Below the pieces are notes generated by a model. That model ran no database searches. It was not told where the DNA came from and worked only from the letters and a program-made list of their open reading frames with translations. From the NCBI GenBank assembly GCA_951804945.1, contig OX638159.1:24428001-24492000 (forward strand): a stretch of 64,000 bases of DNA. Direction: 5' to 3'. Source of the DNA: Podarcis cretensis (taxonomy: Eukaryota). Both the position numbers and the translations under genes were made by a program. Positions 1 through 11,720 of the stretch are shown piece by piece. Position 1 is the first letter of the stretch, and every line of letters starts with the position of its first letter.

Positions 1-228
1 GGCCAGCAATGACCAAACTGCTTCTGGTGCAACGGAACACTGTGACGGAAACCAGAGCACACGGAAACGCTGTTTACCTTCCCGCTGCAGCAGTACCTAT
101 TTATCTACTTGCACTGGTGTGCTTTCAAACTGCTAAGTTGGCAGGACAGAGCAATTTGTTGCGGGGATTCAAACTGCTGACCTTCTGATCAGCAAGCCCA
201 AGAGGATCAGTGGTTTAGACCACTTAGC
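1..228 (-). mobile_element. Sauria SINE, partial (runs off the window start)
   Basis: Contains the Sauria SINE core 'tttaccttcccgc...gtacctatttatctacttgcact...ctgctaagttggcagg' and the reverse-complemented tRNA-like head; matches the other copies in the window. Confidence 0.85.
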
Positions 229-1284
229 ATCCCTTAGCCTCACAGCTGAAGGTGGGATAATTTTGGAAGTGAGGAATATTGTGTGCTATGATCCCAGTAA
301 CGATGGGGGAGAAGGTGTGCTGGCAATTAGTTAAATAAAAGAAAGTAAGAGTAATGTGTCGTTGGAGCATCCTCATCATGTTGGCAGATTTAGAGCTGCA
401 AAACCATCATCTCTATGCAACCTATCAGCACCTCTGGCTACACCTCTTGGAAGTGATCAGTCCTTTCAGAGTCCATTCACTACTAGTGAATGAATGCTAT
501 ATTTCCTCTTCATTGCTTACATGTTCTCTACATCTGCCATTCAGTTCTTGGCCTGGGTAAAACCAAATCACTATGGTTCCACAATGTGCCTTTGTGTTTA
601 ATGTGGACATTAAAAACAGAAGACGTAAATAGCAGAAACTGGGTGCATGTGAGTGAACATTACTGAGGCTGCAGTAGGGAAGGAGGGGCTTAACCCTTTC
701 ATTCTCTGCTGATAGAAATGGTTCCTTTGAAGTTGCTATTTGCACTAACACCAAGGGAGTATTTCCTCCCAAGGCAAATATCAACGTCAAAGAAATTATT
801 TCCATCAGGACCACAGCAGAGAAGGAAAGGGTTAAACTCTCCCCACCACTTGCCGTGTTCCTGATATTTATCAGCCCCTTTCAAGGGACTATTTGCATTT
901 TAAAAAATGCTTGTTAAGTACAAGGATGTATTGATCCTGATGTCTGTCTTGGCCCTAGGTCTCTAAGGAGTAAACAGCATGGCTCCCTCCCTGGAAATTC
1001 CCCCATCGGGTGGGTCCAGCTGGGAGCTCCATGCTGTTGACCCTGTACCTACTCAATCCCATAAGTCAAGCATGACAGGCTCTTGCAGTTGAAGAATGCC
1101 TGGAACTGAGTGCCTAAGTCTAAATTAACCAAATGGAACCTTGGGTGGCAAGTTTACTGCCTGAGTCAGAAAATAACCATTTCAAGATGTTTCATCTATA
1201 AATTGCTCTAAACTGACTTTTCCCTTCCAGTGTTTTAGTTTCACCACGCCAAAGCTGCCAGGATGCCCGAGAGCAAGCAGGGTC

Positions 1285-1635
1285 CCCTTCCTCTTGGTTC
1301 ATGTGGGAACCAATGACACTGCAAGCAATAGCCTCCAGAAGATCAAAAGTGACTACGAGGCTCTGGGCAGGAAATTGAAGCAATTAAATGCACAAATTGT
1401 CATCTCATTTGTCCTCCCAGTTGAACAACGTGGCCCAGGGAGAGAGTGAAAAATCGTGGAAGTGAACAGCTGGCTTCGCAAATGGTGTAAACAGGAACGG
1501 TTTGGATTCTTAGATCACGGACTGCAGTTTCTTGAAGATGGACTTCTGGCAAGCGATGGGCTGCACCTCACAACGGTTGGGAGGAATGTTTTTGCCAAAA
1601 ATCTCAGAAACCTCATCAGGAGGGCTTTAAACTGA
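1285..1635 (+). pseudogene. CR1 ORF1 C-terminal SGNH/GDSL esterase remnant
   Basis: Manual translation PFLLVHVGTNDTA...GRE*KIVEVNSWLRKWC...GLLASDGLHLT...IRRALN*. It has the GTND and DGLH esterase motifs and a premature TGA at 1447-1449. Confidence 0.9.
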
Positions 1636-1640
1636 CTAAT

Positions 1641-4561
1641 GTGGGGGAGGGAGACAGTGCTCCTGAAGGTAGGAGTCTATCAATTGATGAAGATGATCAT
1701 CCAAATGTCATAGACCAAATGGAGCAAACAGCACGCAGACCTAGTGGTGGGAGGAAAAAATCCTTAAATAAGAAACACGGGGGGATGATTAATGGACTTC
1801 AATGTCTGTACACTAATGCGCAAAGCATGGGAAATAAACAAGATGAGCTTGAACTCTTGGTACAGCAAGCTAAATATGACATAATAGGCATCACGGAAAC
1901 CTGGTGGGATAAGTCCCACAATTGGAATGTAATAATGGAGGGATACAATCTATTTCAGAGAAACAGACCAGACAAGAAAGGAGGAGGAGTGGCGTTATAT
2001 GTCAGGGATGTGTATACCTGTGAAGAGATCCAAGATTTAGAACCTCAAAGCCAAAGTGAGAGCATTTGGGTCAAAATTAACGGAGAGAAGAATAACAGTG
2101 ACCTCATTGTGGGAGTTTACTATAGATCCCCAAGCCAAACGGAGGACATAGATGATGCCTTCCTGTAACAGATGGCCAAGCATGCAAAAGGAAGGGAGAT
2201 AGTAGTAATGGGGGGCTTCAATTACCCAGATATTTGTTGGATGTCAAACTCAGCCAAGAGCATAAGGTCAAACAGATTTCTCACTGGCCTTGCAGACAAC
2301 TTCATTGTCCAGAAAGTGGGAGAAGCAACAAGAGGAACAGCCATTTTAGATCTGGTCCTAACCAATGTTGATGACATGGTTAGTGGGGTAGAAGTGGAAG
2401 GATCATTAGGCTCGAGTGATCATGCTCTTCTGAAGTTTACTATACAGCGGAAAGGAGCAGCCAAGCATACTAAGACTCAATTTCTTGACTTTAAGAAAGC
2501 CGACTTCATAAAACTTAGGGAAGTGCTGGGTGAGATCCCATGGACAGTAATACTAAAAGGAAAGGGAGTTCATGATGGCTGGGAGTTTGTTAAGAGGGAG
2601 ATAGTAAAAGCACAACTTCAGGCAATACCAATGAGACGGAAACATGGAAGGTGCCTAAAGAAGCCAGGGTGGCTATCTAAAGAACTTTTAACTGAGTTAA
2701 GATTAAATAGGATGTGTACAAAAAATGGAAAAGGGGGGAAACCACCAAAGAGGAATTCAAACAAATAGCCAGCACGTGTAGACATAAAGTCAGAAAAGCT
2801 AAAGCACAGAATGAACTCAGGCTTGCTAGAGAGGTTAAAAGCAACAAAAAAGGCTTTTATGGGTATGCTCGTAGCAAAAGGAAGAACAAAGAAACAGTGG
2901 GGTCACTCAGAGGAGAAGATGGTGAAATGCAAACAGGGGACACAGAAAGGGCTGAACTCCTCAATGCCTTCTTTGCCTCAGTCTTCTCCGATAAAGAAAA
3001 CAATGCCCGACCTGAAGAATTTGGAGCAAATGATTCAGCAGAGGAAACACAGCTCCGAATAACTAAGGAGATAGTACAAGAATACTTGGCTAGTTTAGAT
3101 GTATTCAGGTCTCCAGGGCCAGATGAACTGCATCCAAGAGTATTAAAAGAACTGGCAGATATGATCTTAGAACCACTGGCAGTCATCTTTGAGAATTCCT
3201 GGAGAACAGGCCAAGTCCCGGCAGACTGGAGGAGGGCAAATGTTGTCCCTATTTTCAAAAAGGGGAAAAGAGAGGACCCAAATAATTACCGCCCAGTCAG
3301 TCTGACATCAATACCAGGGAAGATTCTGGAGCAGATCATTAAGCAAACAGTCTGTGAGCACCTAGAAAGGAATGCTGTGATCACCAATAGTCAGCATGGA
3401 TTTCTGAAAAATAAGTCATGTCAGACTAACCTGATCTCGTTTTTTGACAGAATTACAACCCTGGTAGATGAAGGGAACGCAGTGGATGTAGCCTACCTTG
3501 ATTTCAGCAAGGCATTTGACAAGGTGCCCCATGATATTCTTGTAAAGAAGCTGGTAAAATGCGGTCTTGACTATGCTACCACTCAGTGGATTTGTAACTG
3601 GCTGACTGACCAAACCCAAAGGGTGCTCATCAATGGTTCCTCTTCATCCTGGAGAAGAGTGACTAGTGGGGTGCCACAGGGTTCTGTCTTGGGCCCGGTC
3701 TTATTCAACATCTTTATCAACGACTTGGATGATGGACTCAAGGGCATCCTGATCAAATTTGCAGATGACACCAAACTGGGAGGGGTGGCTAACACCCCAG
3801 AGGACAGGATCACACTTCAAAATGACCTTGACAGATTAGAGAACTGGGCCCAAACAAACAAGATGAATTTTAACAGGGAGAAATGTAAAGTATTGCACTT
3901 GGGCAAAAAAAATGAGAGGCACAAATACAAGATGGGTGACACCTGGCTTGAGAGCAGTACATGTGAAAAGGATCTAGGAGTCTTGGTTGACCACAAACTT
4001 GACATGAGCCAACAGTGTGAGGCGGCAGCTAAAAAAGCCAATGCAATTCTGGGCTGCATCAATAGGAGTATAGCATCTAGATCAAGGGAAGTAATAGTGC
4101 CACTGTATTCTGCTCTGGTCAGACCTCACCTGGAGTACTGTGTCCAGTTCTGGGCACCACAGTTCAAGAAGGACACTGACAAACTGGAACGTGTCCAGAT
4201 GAGGGCAACCAAAATGGTCAAAGGCCTGGAAACGATGCCTTATGAGGAACGGCTAAGGGAGCTAGGCATGTTTAGCCTGGAGAAGAGGAGGTTAAGGAGT
4301 GATATGATAGCCGTGTTCAAATATATAAGAGGATGTCACATAGAGGAGGGAGAAAGGTTGTTTTCTGCTGCTCCAGAGAAGCGGACACGGAGCAATGGAT
4401 CCAAACTACAAGAAAGAAGATTCCACCTAAACATTAGGAAGAACTTCCTGACAGTAAGAGCTGTTCGACAGTGGAATTTGCTGCCAAGGAGTGTGGTGGA
4501 GTCTCCTTCTATGGAGGTCTTTAAGCAGAGGCTTGACAACCATATGTCAGGAGTGCTCTGA
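1641..4561 (+). pseudogene. CR1 ORF2 (APE endonuclease + reverse transcriptase), broken by one stop and one frameshift
   Basis: ORFs 1641-2168 (CLYTNAQS, GITETWW, GVYYRSP), 2172-2768 (GGFNYPDI, LDLVLTN, SDH) and 2714-4561 ([33 protein letters not shown]). TAA at 2166-2168; frameshift near 2705-2714. Confidence 0.95.
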
Positions 4562-5088
4562 TGGTGTTTCCTGCTTGGCAGGGGGTTGGACTCGATGGCC
4601 CTTGTGGTCTCTTCCAACTTTATGATTCTAGGGAATGGAAGGTGCTTGCCCAAGTACTTGGGCCATTCAGCAGGAAATTGCAGAGTTATTTCCTCAAGGT
4701 CCTGTCTCAGGTCATTTTGATACTCCTGGTGTCAGCAGACTCTTGTCAACTTGATTCATAACCTTAATGTCACTCGGGTGTATTGAGCTGGATGCGTTTT
4801 CTATTGCTTTGTTTTTGAGCACCTCATAGGTGAGTTGACATGTTCAAGGCAATAGCTTGTCATGTAAGTGCAAAGTTACAAGCTGCATTTGAACTGCCAG
4901 ATTGTGTGTGTGTGTGTGCATGCGCGCGCACACACGCAGACATTTGTATGCCTAGATGGTTTTTTGGTTCAGAAAGAAGAAAAGCATTTGCCCTTCACTG
5001 AGTGACTTGGGACAGTCCAACTGAAGGGAGCAGGGTGAACAAGTAGGATTAGTTACATACACAGCAAGTCTCCCTGTTCCTTTAGTTA

Positions 5089-5421
5089 AAAAGGTAAAGG
5101 GACCCCTGACCATTAGGTCCAGTCGTGGCCGACTCTGCGTTTGCGGCGCTCATCTCGCTTTATTGGCCGAGGAAGCCGGCGTACAGCTTCCAGGTCATGT
5201 GGCCAGCATGACTAAGCCGCTTCTGGTGAACCAGAGCAGCGCACGGAAACGCCGTTTACCTTCCCGCCAGAGTGGTACCTATTTATCTACTTGCACTTTG
5301 ATGTGCTTTCAAACTGCTAGGTTGGCAGGAGCAGGGACTGAGCAACAGGAGCTCACCCTGTTGCGGGGTGAGCCGACCTACTGATCGGCAAGCCCAAGAG
5401 GCTCTGAGGTTTAACCCACAG
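5089..5421 (-). mobile_element. Sauria SINE, slightly 5'-truncated
   Basis: Reverse complement of the full copy at 44107-44464; starts with the aaaggtaaaggg tail. Confidence 0.93.
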
Positions 5422-5561
5422 TTGCCATATTTTGAAGAGCAAAAAAGAGGACATATTTGCCGACTTCTACTTTTAGCTTCGGATCGCTAGGACGACTCTC
5501 ATTTTACATACCCATGAAACAGAGGACGTGTCCTGGGAAAAGAGGATATATGGCAACTCTA
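5420..5561. mobile_element. Non-autonomous hAT-like MITE (TAGAGTTGCCA-type TIRs)
   Basis: 'agttgccatat' ... 'atatatggcaactcta'. Direct repeat ctttagt at 5080-5086 and 5562-5568 flanks the SINE plus MITE. Confidence 0.7.
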
Positions 5562-5863
5562 CTTTAGTCCTACTTGGGTATTCTTCATGCAATTGCAATA
5601 CCCCAAGAAAACAGAGCTGCACTGGCTGAATCCACCCCTAACATACCCCACCAAGCATCTGAAGCATGCATATTGCTCCATGTTTGTAGGATCCCCATGT
5701 GATTAAGAACCCTTAAGATTCCCCACCATGCATGGAAGGTGTTGACAGAGATGCAACAGGGGGCTCAGCCCTAGCCTCCCAATTCATGTGACTGTAATCC
5801 AACAGGGATTGTCTGACTTTTTAAGATGGGAGGTTTGTGTTCTTTGCTCTGTAAGCATCTCAG

Positions 5864-6370
5864 CATAAGGTTAGGAACATAGGAAGCTCTCTTACACTGA
5901 GTCAGACCATTAAGTCTTCTGACTCCAGGCCTGGCCCAAGGCATTTTGGCACCTGAGGTGAACTGCAGAATGCTGTGGCCTCCCTCCCCACCGCCTGGGA
6001 AAGAAGGGCTGAGTGAGAGAAGCAGGAGAGGAGACCAGCAGCTCCTCCTCTTTGCCAAGAGACTGCTGTAGAGGCAGCATTTTTTATGGGTGGGGGGCTG
6101 TCAATGTGGTGGCTGGTTTGACCTCTAGGAAATGCATCACTGCAGCAGCAGGAGATGCAATCTTTGAAGGCTGGATCTGCTGCCCCTGTGGATTCTGCCA
6201 CCCGAGGCAGTCACCTCACGTTGCCTCATGGTTGGTTCGGTTCTGTCTAGCTCTGTATCATGCACAATAACTGGCAGCAGCTTTTCAGGGTTTCAGAGAG
6301 GGGGCCTTCCCAGCCCTTATGTGGAGATGTTGGGAAGGGAACCCCTGCATGCAAAGCCATTAAGCTGTGG
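5864..6370 (-). mobile_element. Older tRNA-head/CR1-tail SINE (Squam2-like), interrupted by a hAT MITE
   Basis: CR1-type tail 'cataaggttaggaacataggaag...gagtcagaccat' resumes after 6246; similar to copies near 28975-29120 and 59808-60060. Confidence 0.6.
5926..6245. mobile_element. hAT-like MITE (CAGGGCCGG-type TIRs)
   Basis: Ends 'caggcctggccc' / 'ggttcggttctg'; degenerate 8-bp TSD tctgactc / tctagctc. Confidence 0.6.
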
Positions 6371-6469
6371 CTTCAGAATTCTGAATGATGGCAGAAATCT
6401 GGAATCTTAAGTGACCCCCACATGCCAAGATACAGCATAAGAGGCCCCTGTACTAGACTGACATGTTGA

Positions 6470-6900
6470 TGGGGCGGTAATTGTGCACCCAATTAAGCTG
6501 TTGAAATCCCATTGAAGGCAACGAGCGCAGGGGCTGTCACTGTGCATACCATCTGAAAAGCTACTGAAGTAATTTATATCAAAGAGTTGTAAATGTTCTT
6601 ACCCGAAGTAGTAAATACAAAGTTTTCATAATAGTCATCTTTCAAAGTTAAGTACCTCCGACATCTTACACTTCCTCCATTTTTCAAACGGTAATTAGAA
6701 CGCAATATGGATTAATTTCTTGTCACATTTGATTTTTTATTGCCAAATTGTTTCAGAGAGCCGAGCATCAAATTTGTACACTGCTTCGTCCTTTGCCAAT
6801 TCTTTTGTCTCCTCCCTTCCATTTTCTTCCTTTTTTAACTTATTGTGTGCTGAAACATAAAGAGCTGATCCAGTGTCATATTACTCAGTCAATATGAATA
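6470..6900. promoter_or_regulatory. Candidate conserved non-coding element (enhancer)
   Basis: Repeat-free and retains CpGs. Inverted TAATTG/CAATTA pair (6478-6495), TCF/LEF ATCAAAG (6578-6584), forkhead GTAAATA (6611-6617). Conservation is inferred, not measured. Confidence 0.4.
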
Positions 6901-7288
6901 AGCTCAGTAAACAATAATAGATATCACGCTAGTAAGGGGCACTATCCAATGTATTTCACAGAGTGTCACTATCTGTGTGCTGGGTGTAGTGTGTGGGTGC
7001 TTGGTGTAATGAGAACATGGTTCTCAGGAAACAAGTCCATTTCTTCAAGGCCAAGGGAGATGCTGAGAGAGGCAGAGAGCTCTGTGGCAACACCTGTCGT
7101 GGATGATATGATAGTAGCACCCTGACTTTGACATATTTAGATATAGATTTTCTTACACACTTTTTATATATAAAAAAGTCACAGATTGGCATGTGGTGTT
7201 AGGGTGTCCAGGTGCAAAGTGAGACACAACAAATAGCTATGAAAAGGGGGGATTTCAGCAGGTATAGCTTATCATGTAAATTATAAAG

Positions 7289-7844
7289 TGTAGGAGCCCT
7301 TTTTGGTATACAAAAATCAGAAAATGGCATTATTAGGATTATAGTGAATGAGAGAAAGAGGTAAAGCATACTGTGTGGTTACTTCTTCAATTCAAAGGAA
7401 AAAAATTACTAACTGGCCGCTTCAATATAGGTATAGGATAAGAGAGTACCCTGGTCTTACTGTTAGGTTTCTGTTTATGCCACTGTGCAGTTTTTGAGTC
7501 ACAAGACTCTGTTTACATTCCAGACTGTTGGAAGTCTCACGGGAGATGGGAGACGGATGTTGATGTTACTGGTTTCCTGTTTCTTTGTTCCAGTTGTTCA
7601 CTGACTCTCACAGAGAGCAGATGCATATTCTTTTCTGTCCTGCATAGTTAGAAATAAACGTAGCGATGTAGCACATATTTCTCACCCTTCTGCTGCTTGG
7701 ATACTCTGCGGAATGGGGGAACTTGCCTGAAGCCTCATCAAAGGCTTAGGTCGTTAATCACCATCGGAGGAGGAGAGCCTGATGGATTCCGAAGTACGTT
7801 GTGGAAGAGAGCTATTTCAGCTCAGTCATACGGAACCTCCGACA
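7289..7844 (+). mobile_element. Probable solo LTR
   Basis: Begins TGTAGGAG and ends CTCCGACA (7/8 inverted match), about 556 bp, AATAAA near 7653, CpG-richer 3' part. No clear TSD. Confidence 0.5.
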
Positions 7845-9358
7845 CTTACATGGGGTGGAAAAAAATCATGTGATTGAACTACAGGCAGACAGGCAGACCT
7901 GGAGGAACCCTTGTCATTTAGGCACTTGCTGAAATCGTCTATGTGGTCTGGCCTTAATTTAGGCCATTTTATTTTGTAGGTGTGAATTGGACTAGGGTTG
8001 TGCCTGCTATTTTATGTTTTGCTTTGTGGTGATATTTTATATATATAAAAAAATTCATTCATTTTGTAAGCTGTGCAAAGAGCTTCATCTGAACTGTGGC
8101 TGATTAATGCGTTAAACAAACAAATGCTGATGATTACTAGGTTCTCTTTAAGGATTACTGAAACAGTGTTTGAGGAGTGCAGCAAATACTCAGAAGTGCT
8201 ATACAAATGCGAAGTATTAATTACGCTGTTTTCTAATTCCTCAATGCCTAAACGGCAGCATTTCTGATTGAATTGCATCTGTGCCAGTTAAGAGTGGCAG
8301 CTCTCCTGGTAGCTAGCACAAACAAGATATTTCTCGAGGCCTACTGGGGGGGTTGCTTGCTGCTTCTTCCCCAACTGGAGATCAAGTATAGTTAGGTTTT
8401 GAGAGGAAGCCACAAGAGGAGAAGATACTTCTGATCTCTCCCTCTGCCTCTCTTGCCATGTGATTATTTCTTTGAGCCTGCCCTACTCTGTTGCCAAAGC
8501 TGTCCACCCCCTCTCTTGCTTTAGAAATTAGAAAGTGATTGCACTCAGCTAACAGCAGCAGAATAACAGCATGAAGGCACTGATACCCTGAAGCAGCATC
8601 TTTTAGAGCTCTGGATACAATATGCTTCAAGTCTAGGCACCCTTCTTGCATTTCAAATAAAATTAATGGGAAATTGTTTAGGCATAGCCGATTCCAGGTT
8701 AGCAGAGCAGCTCCAGCAGGGATGCCTCTGTTTTGGAAGGGGGATGGGGAAATGCAGACACTTACTGATATCAATATTACATACAGCAACAGCGAAACCT
8801 TCAGGCTTTGCTGAACTCACACAAGCAGGGAAATGGCTTTAAAGTGTTCCTTAACCCTAAATACAGATTTATGTGTATTTTCCAAGCATACCACAAACCA
8901 GCAATAGCCTGCTGCAGGATGGGGCAGGTCCGATTAATACTGAGGCAGTCGCAAGTGGCTTTGGATCTAGAAAACCACTGTGCGATTCAATCACATCCTG
9001 GAAATTTCAGATTGTGCAACCATAGTTAATCTGGTCCTCTTCAGCAACAAACTTGCCCACCCCACCCCCCATCAGACCTTTTGCAATAAGAAAAGAAATG
9101 CAAGTGCGGAACAACAACTTGATGCAATGTTGCATAAACTTCCTGCAAACAAGTCACAATGAATGCTTAATAAATAGTTGACATAATCTAACCCCCTCCC
9201 CACCATGTATGCAAAGAAATCAGGATGAAGGCTCATTAAACAGGTAATCTGGGAGTGACTTCAGATTTTCGTATATTTAGGTGGCAGAGAATTTTCAACA
9301 TGGCACCCAAGTCAGTTCTGAGAATCACTAAGGGTTAAAATGTGAAAATGCTGCTAAA

Positions 9359-9860
9359 TGTCAGGCTTCAGGGACTCAGTCCCCCCCCCCCCCGCAGTAG
9401 ATAAGCAAAACAAAGCGAAAGGAGTCTCTTACTAGTTACAAATGTTAATGATCACAGCGAGAAAACAAAGAATCAATTTCTAGGAATGAAGGTGCTCCCA
9501 ATTAAGGGTTCCACCCCCCCCCCCAGTCACCCAGTTCACTTCCACATCTTGCAACCTGATCTTGCAACCATTGTGCTTTTTGTGCAGCCACCTTATCTGC
9601 TTTCCTTGACCTTGGGCTGAGCAGATGGACTCTTTCCAGTGAAAGCGATTCTGTTAACTCTCTCTCTCCCAGTGCTTCTTCTCCTAGCTGTTCACCACCC
9701 AGTTCTTCCCAGCTTCGGTCTTCTGAACTATGTCCGTCTGCAAACCACTGTTCCAAATCTATACTGTTCCACTGCTCCTGGGAAGATTCAAGATCCTGAT
9801 CAGGAGCAAGGGGAGGGAGAGGCTCCCACCATTCCTCCTCAGTGCAGCCTTCCTCAGCAC
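9359..9860 (-). mobile_element. LTR-like segment (possibly Gypsy-type) containing an acidic open frame
   Basis: Starts TGTCAGG and overlaps the minus-strand open frame 9502-9909. The far boundary and TSD are not clear. Confidence 0.35.
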
Positions 9861-10889
9861 GGTCCCTAGCACCTATTGCAGGAACTTTTGCACTAAGGGC
9901 TGCTGGGTCTTAACCCAGAGATCCTGCTCACCCCTTGTAAATGAATGGTCTTGGAACAATGAAAAAGGATGTAGCTGTGGGATTCAGGCCAAGTCATTTT
10001 GGTTTGACTCGCCAGCCTGCTGTAGGGTAATTGAGAATCCTGCTTACTCTACCTGGTTCCACGGTTCTGCTTGGGCCACTTACTGGTGGTGGTGAGCAGT
10101 GGCGGCTCATGTGTCGGGACAGAGCTGCCCGCCCCCACCACAACATTGGTGCCACTGCAACATACCCAGGCAGAGCTGGGGAGAAGCAGGACAGCAGCAA
10201 GTTCTGGACTGCATGGGTGCACTAGAGGAGGCACCAATCCAATGCTCCCACCAGTTCACCCACACAGCCACAGCCTTACTGCTGGCCTGTCCCACCCCCA
10301 CCCAGAAAAGCTGCAGTGATGAGGAGGTGGCTCTCCCACTCTGCCCCACCATCCTACTGATGGTCAACCAGTGGTGCAGGACTTTTGTCCACCAGCTGCT
10401 TCTCTTGTGCCTTGTTCTGTTTCTTTGGTGGCATTTTTCTGGGACACCAAGGCATGTCCTTGACCACATGGCTGGTGTTTTGTTGAGGGATGCATCTGCT
10501 TTTGTTGTATAATTCAATGGATATCTGGGATGTATCTGTCCCGCTGTCTTAATGTTACTGGTATACAAGGTGCAAGAGCAAAAGCAAACACCTGAAGCCC
10601 CATCCAGATTGTGTTCATTTTCACCAGCAGATGGATTCCATTGCCAACATTGTGTTCAGGGTTCACATCCTACTTGTTGAGGAGAAATGGAACCAGCTTA
10701 GCACCAGATATCAGCACTTTCTCTTGACTTTTGTTGTGCACAGAGATTTTCTCCCCTCTCCCACCTTGAGATTCACTCCCTGCACTGGGTAGAGGTTCCT
10801 GAACCACTTTCTTAGCTGCTCACTGAGACAGCCAGCTGTAACCTTTAACCAGGAATTTTGGAGCTCCTTAAAAGGCAAGCCTACGAATA

Positions 10890-11012
10890 TTTTGGCATAG
10901 TTTTTCATGACCACAGTCCATCAGTTGCATGAAATAGACTGCAATCCATGATGGATTATTATAATAAATTTGTTGATCTTTAAGGTGCTCCAAGATTTTT
11001 TGCTATAGCAGA
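10890..11012 (+). mobile_element. Degraded Penelope-like (Neptune-type) terminal repeat fragment
   Basis: '...aataaatttgttgatctttaaggtgctccaagatttt...gctatagcagat' resembles the reptile Penelope pLTR end. Confidence 0.55.
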
Positions 11013-11287
11013 TGGTAGTTAATCTTACATGGAGGTACAAACAGTCATTGCAAAACTGAGCCTATGCAGTCTCCTTGATAGTTTCCCCCCTTAAGATGTC
11101 CCAAAGGGGTGCCTAGTACAACTTTTCTAAACAGATTGCCCATTGAAGCACCCAAATAGGCTGTATCTATCAAATGGGACAACGTAGATCACTGGTGGCA
11201 TTGATTTGTAACATCTAAACACAGTCTAAGAAAAGCTCAATGGTGGTGCTATACAATCCTTCCAGCCCACCATATGATAAGTCATAA

Positions 11288-11480
11288 CAGCCAGTGGGGT
11301 GGCTTGGTTAGAGAGTTGGACACTCTATTCATGAAACTTGCTGGATGAACTTGGGCCATTCTACCTCTCTCTCTTCCTCAGCTTGGCATACCTCACAGTA
11401 TGTTCTGAGGATAAAAAGGGAAGAGAGCTTTGTGAACCACATTGAGCTCTTTGGAAGGATGGTAGGAAATATTGGTACTA
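11288..11480 (+). mobile_element. Old tRNA-derived SINE (Squam3-like)
   Basis: 'cagccagtggggtggcttggttagagagttggac...cctcacagtatgttctgaggataaaa'; a diverged relative of 34613-34868. Confidence 0.6.
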
Positions 11481-11610
11481 AATGAATTTCTACTAAATAA
11501 AGGTGAAAAGGAGTCAGTACTCTGACTGTGCCTCCACTATGGTCTAGCTACCAGAGAGGATTTTTGCCCAGCCAAGATACAACTGACTGAGAGTCAGACA
11601 TCATGCTATA

Positions 11611-11720
11611 CAGTGGTACCTCTGGTTATGAACTTAATTCATTCCGGAGGTCCGTTCTTAACCTGAAACCATTCTTAACCTGAGGTACCACTTTAGCTAA
11701 TGGGGTTCCTGCTGCTGCCA
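11611..11720. mobile_element. Tigger/pogo-like (Tc1-mariner) MITE, left half only
   Basis: TA|CAGTGGTACCTC TIR; same family as 13376-13619; truncated where the L2 fragment begins. Confidence 0.8.

Larger units (their letters stand above)
1283..4630 (+). mobile_element. CR1 LINE, 5'-truncated, young but disabled
   Basis: ORF1 esterase C-terminus, then APE endonuclease and RT ORF2, then a typical CR1 3'UTR ending 'ttccaactttatgattcta'. Possible 4-bp TSD or microhomology 'aggg' at 1279-1282 and 4630-4633. Confidence 0.97.

Noticed and set aside
2811-4653. Alternative-frame and antisense ORFs over the CR1
   Set aside because: Shadows of ORF2 codon structure.
1192-4761. A host ORF interrupted by the CR1 (flanks join in frame across the insertion)
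   Set aside because: The joined peptides are short, bounded by stops and resemble nothing I recognise.
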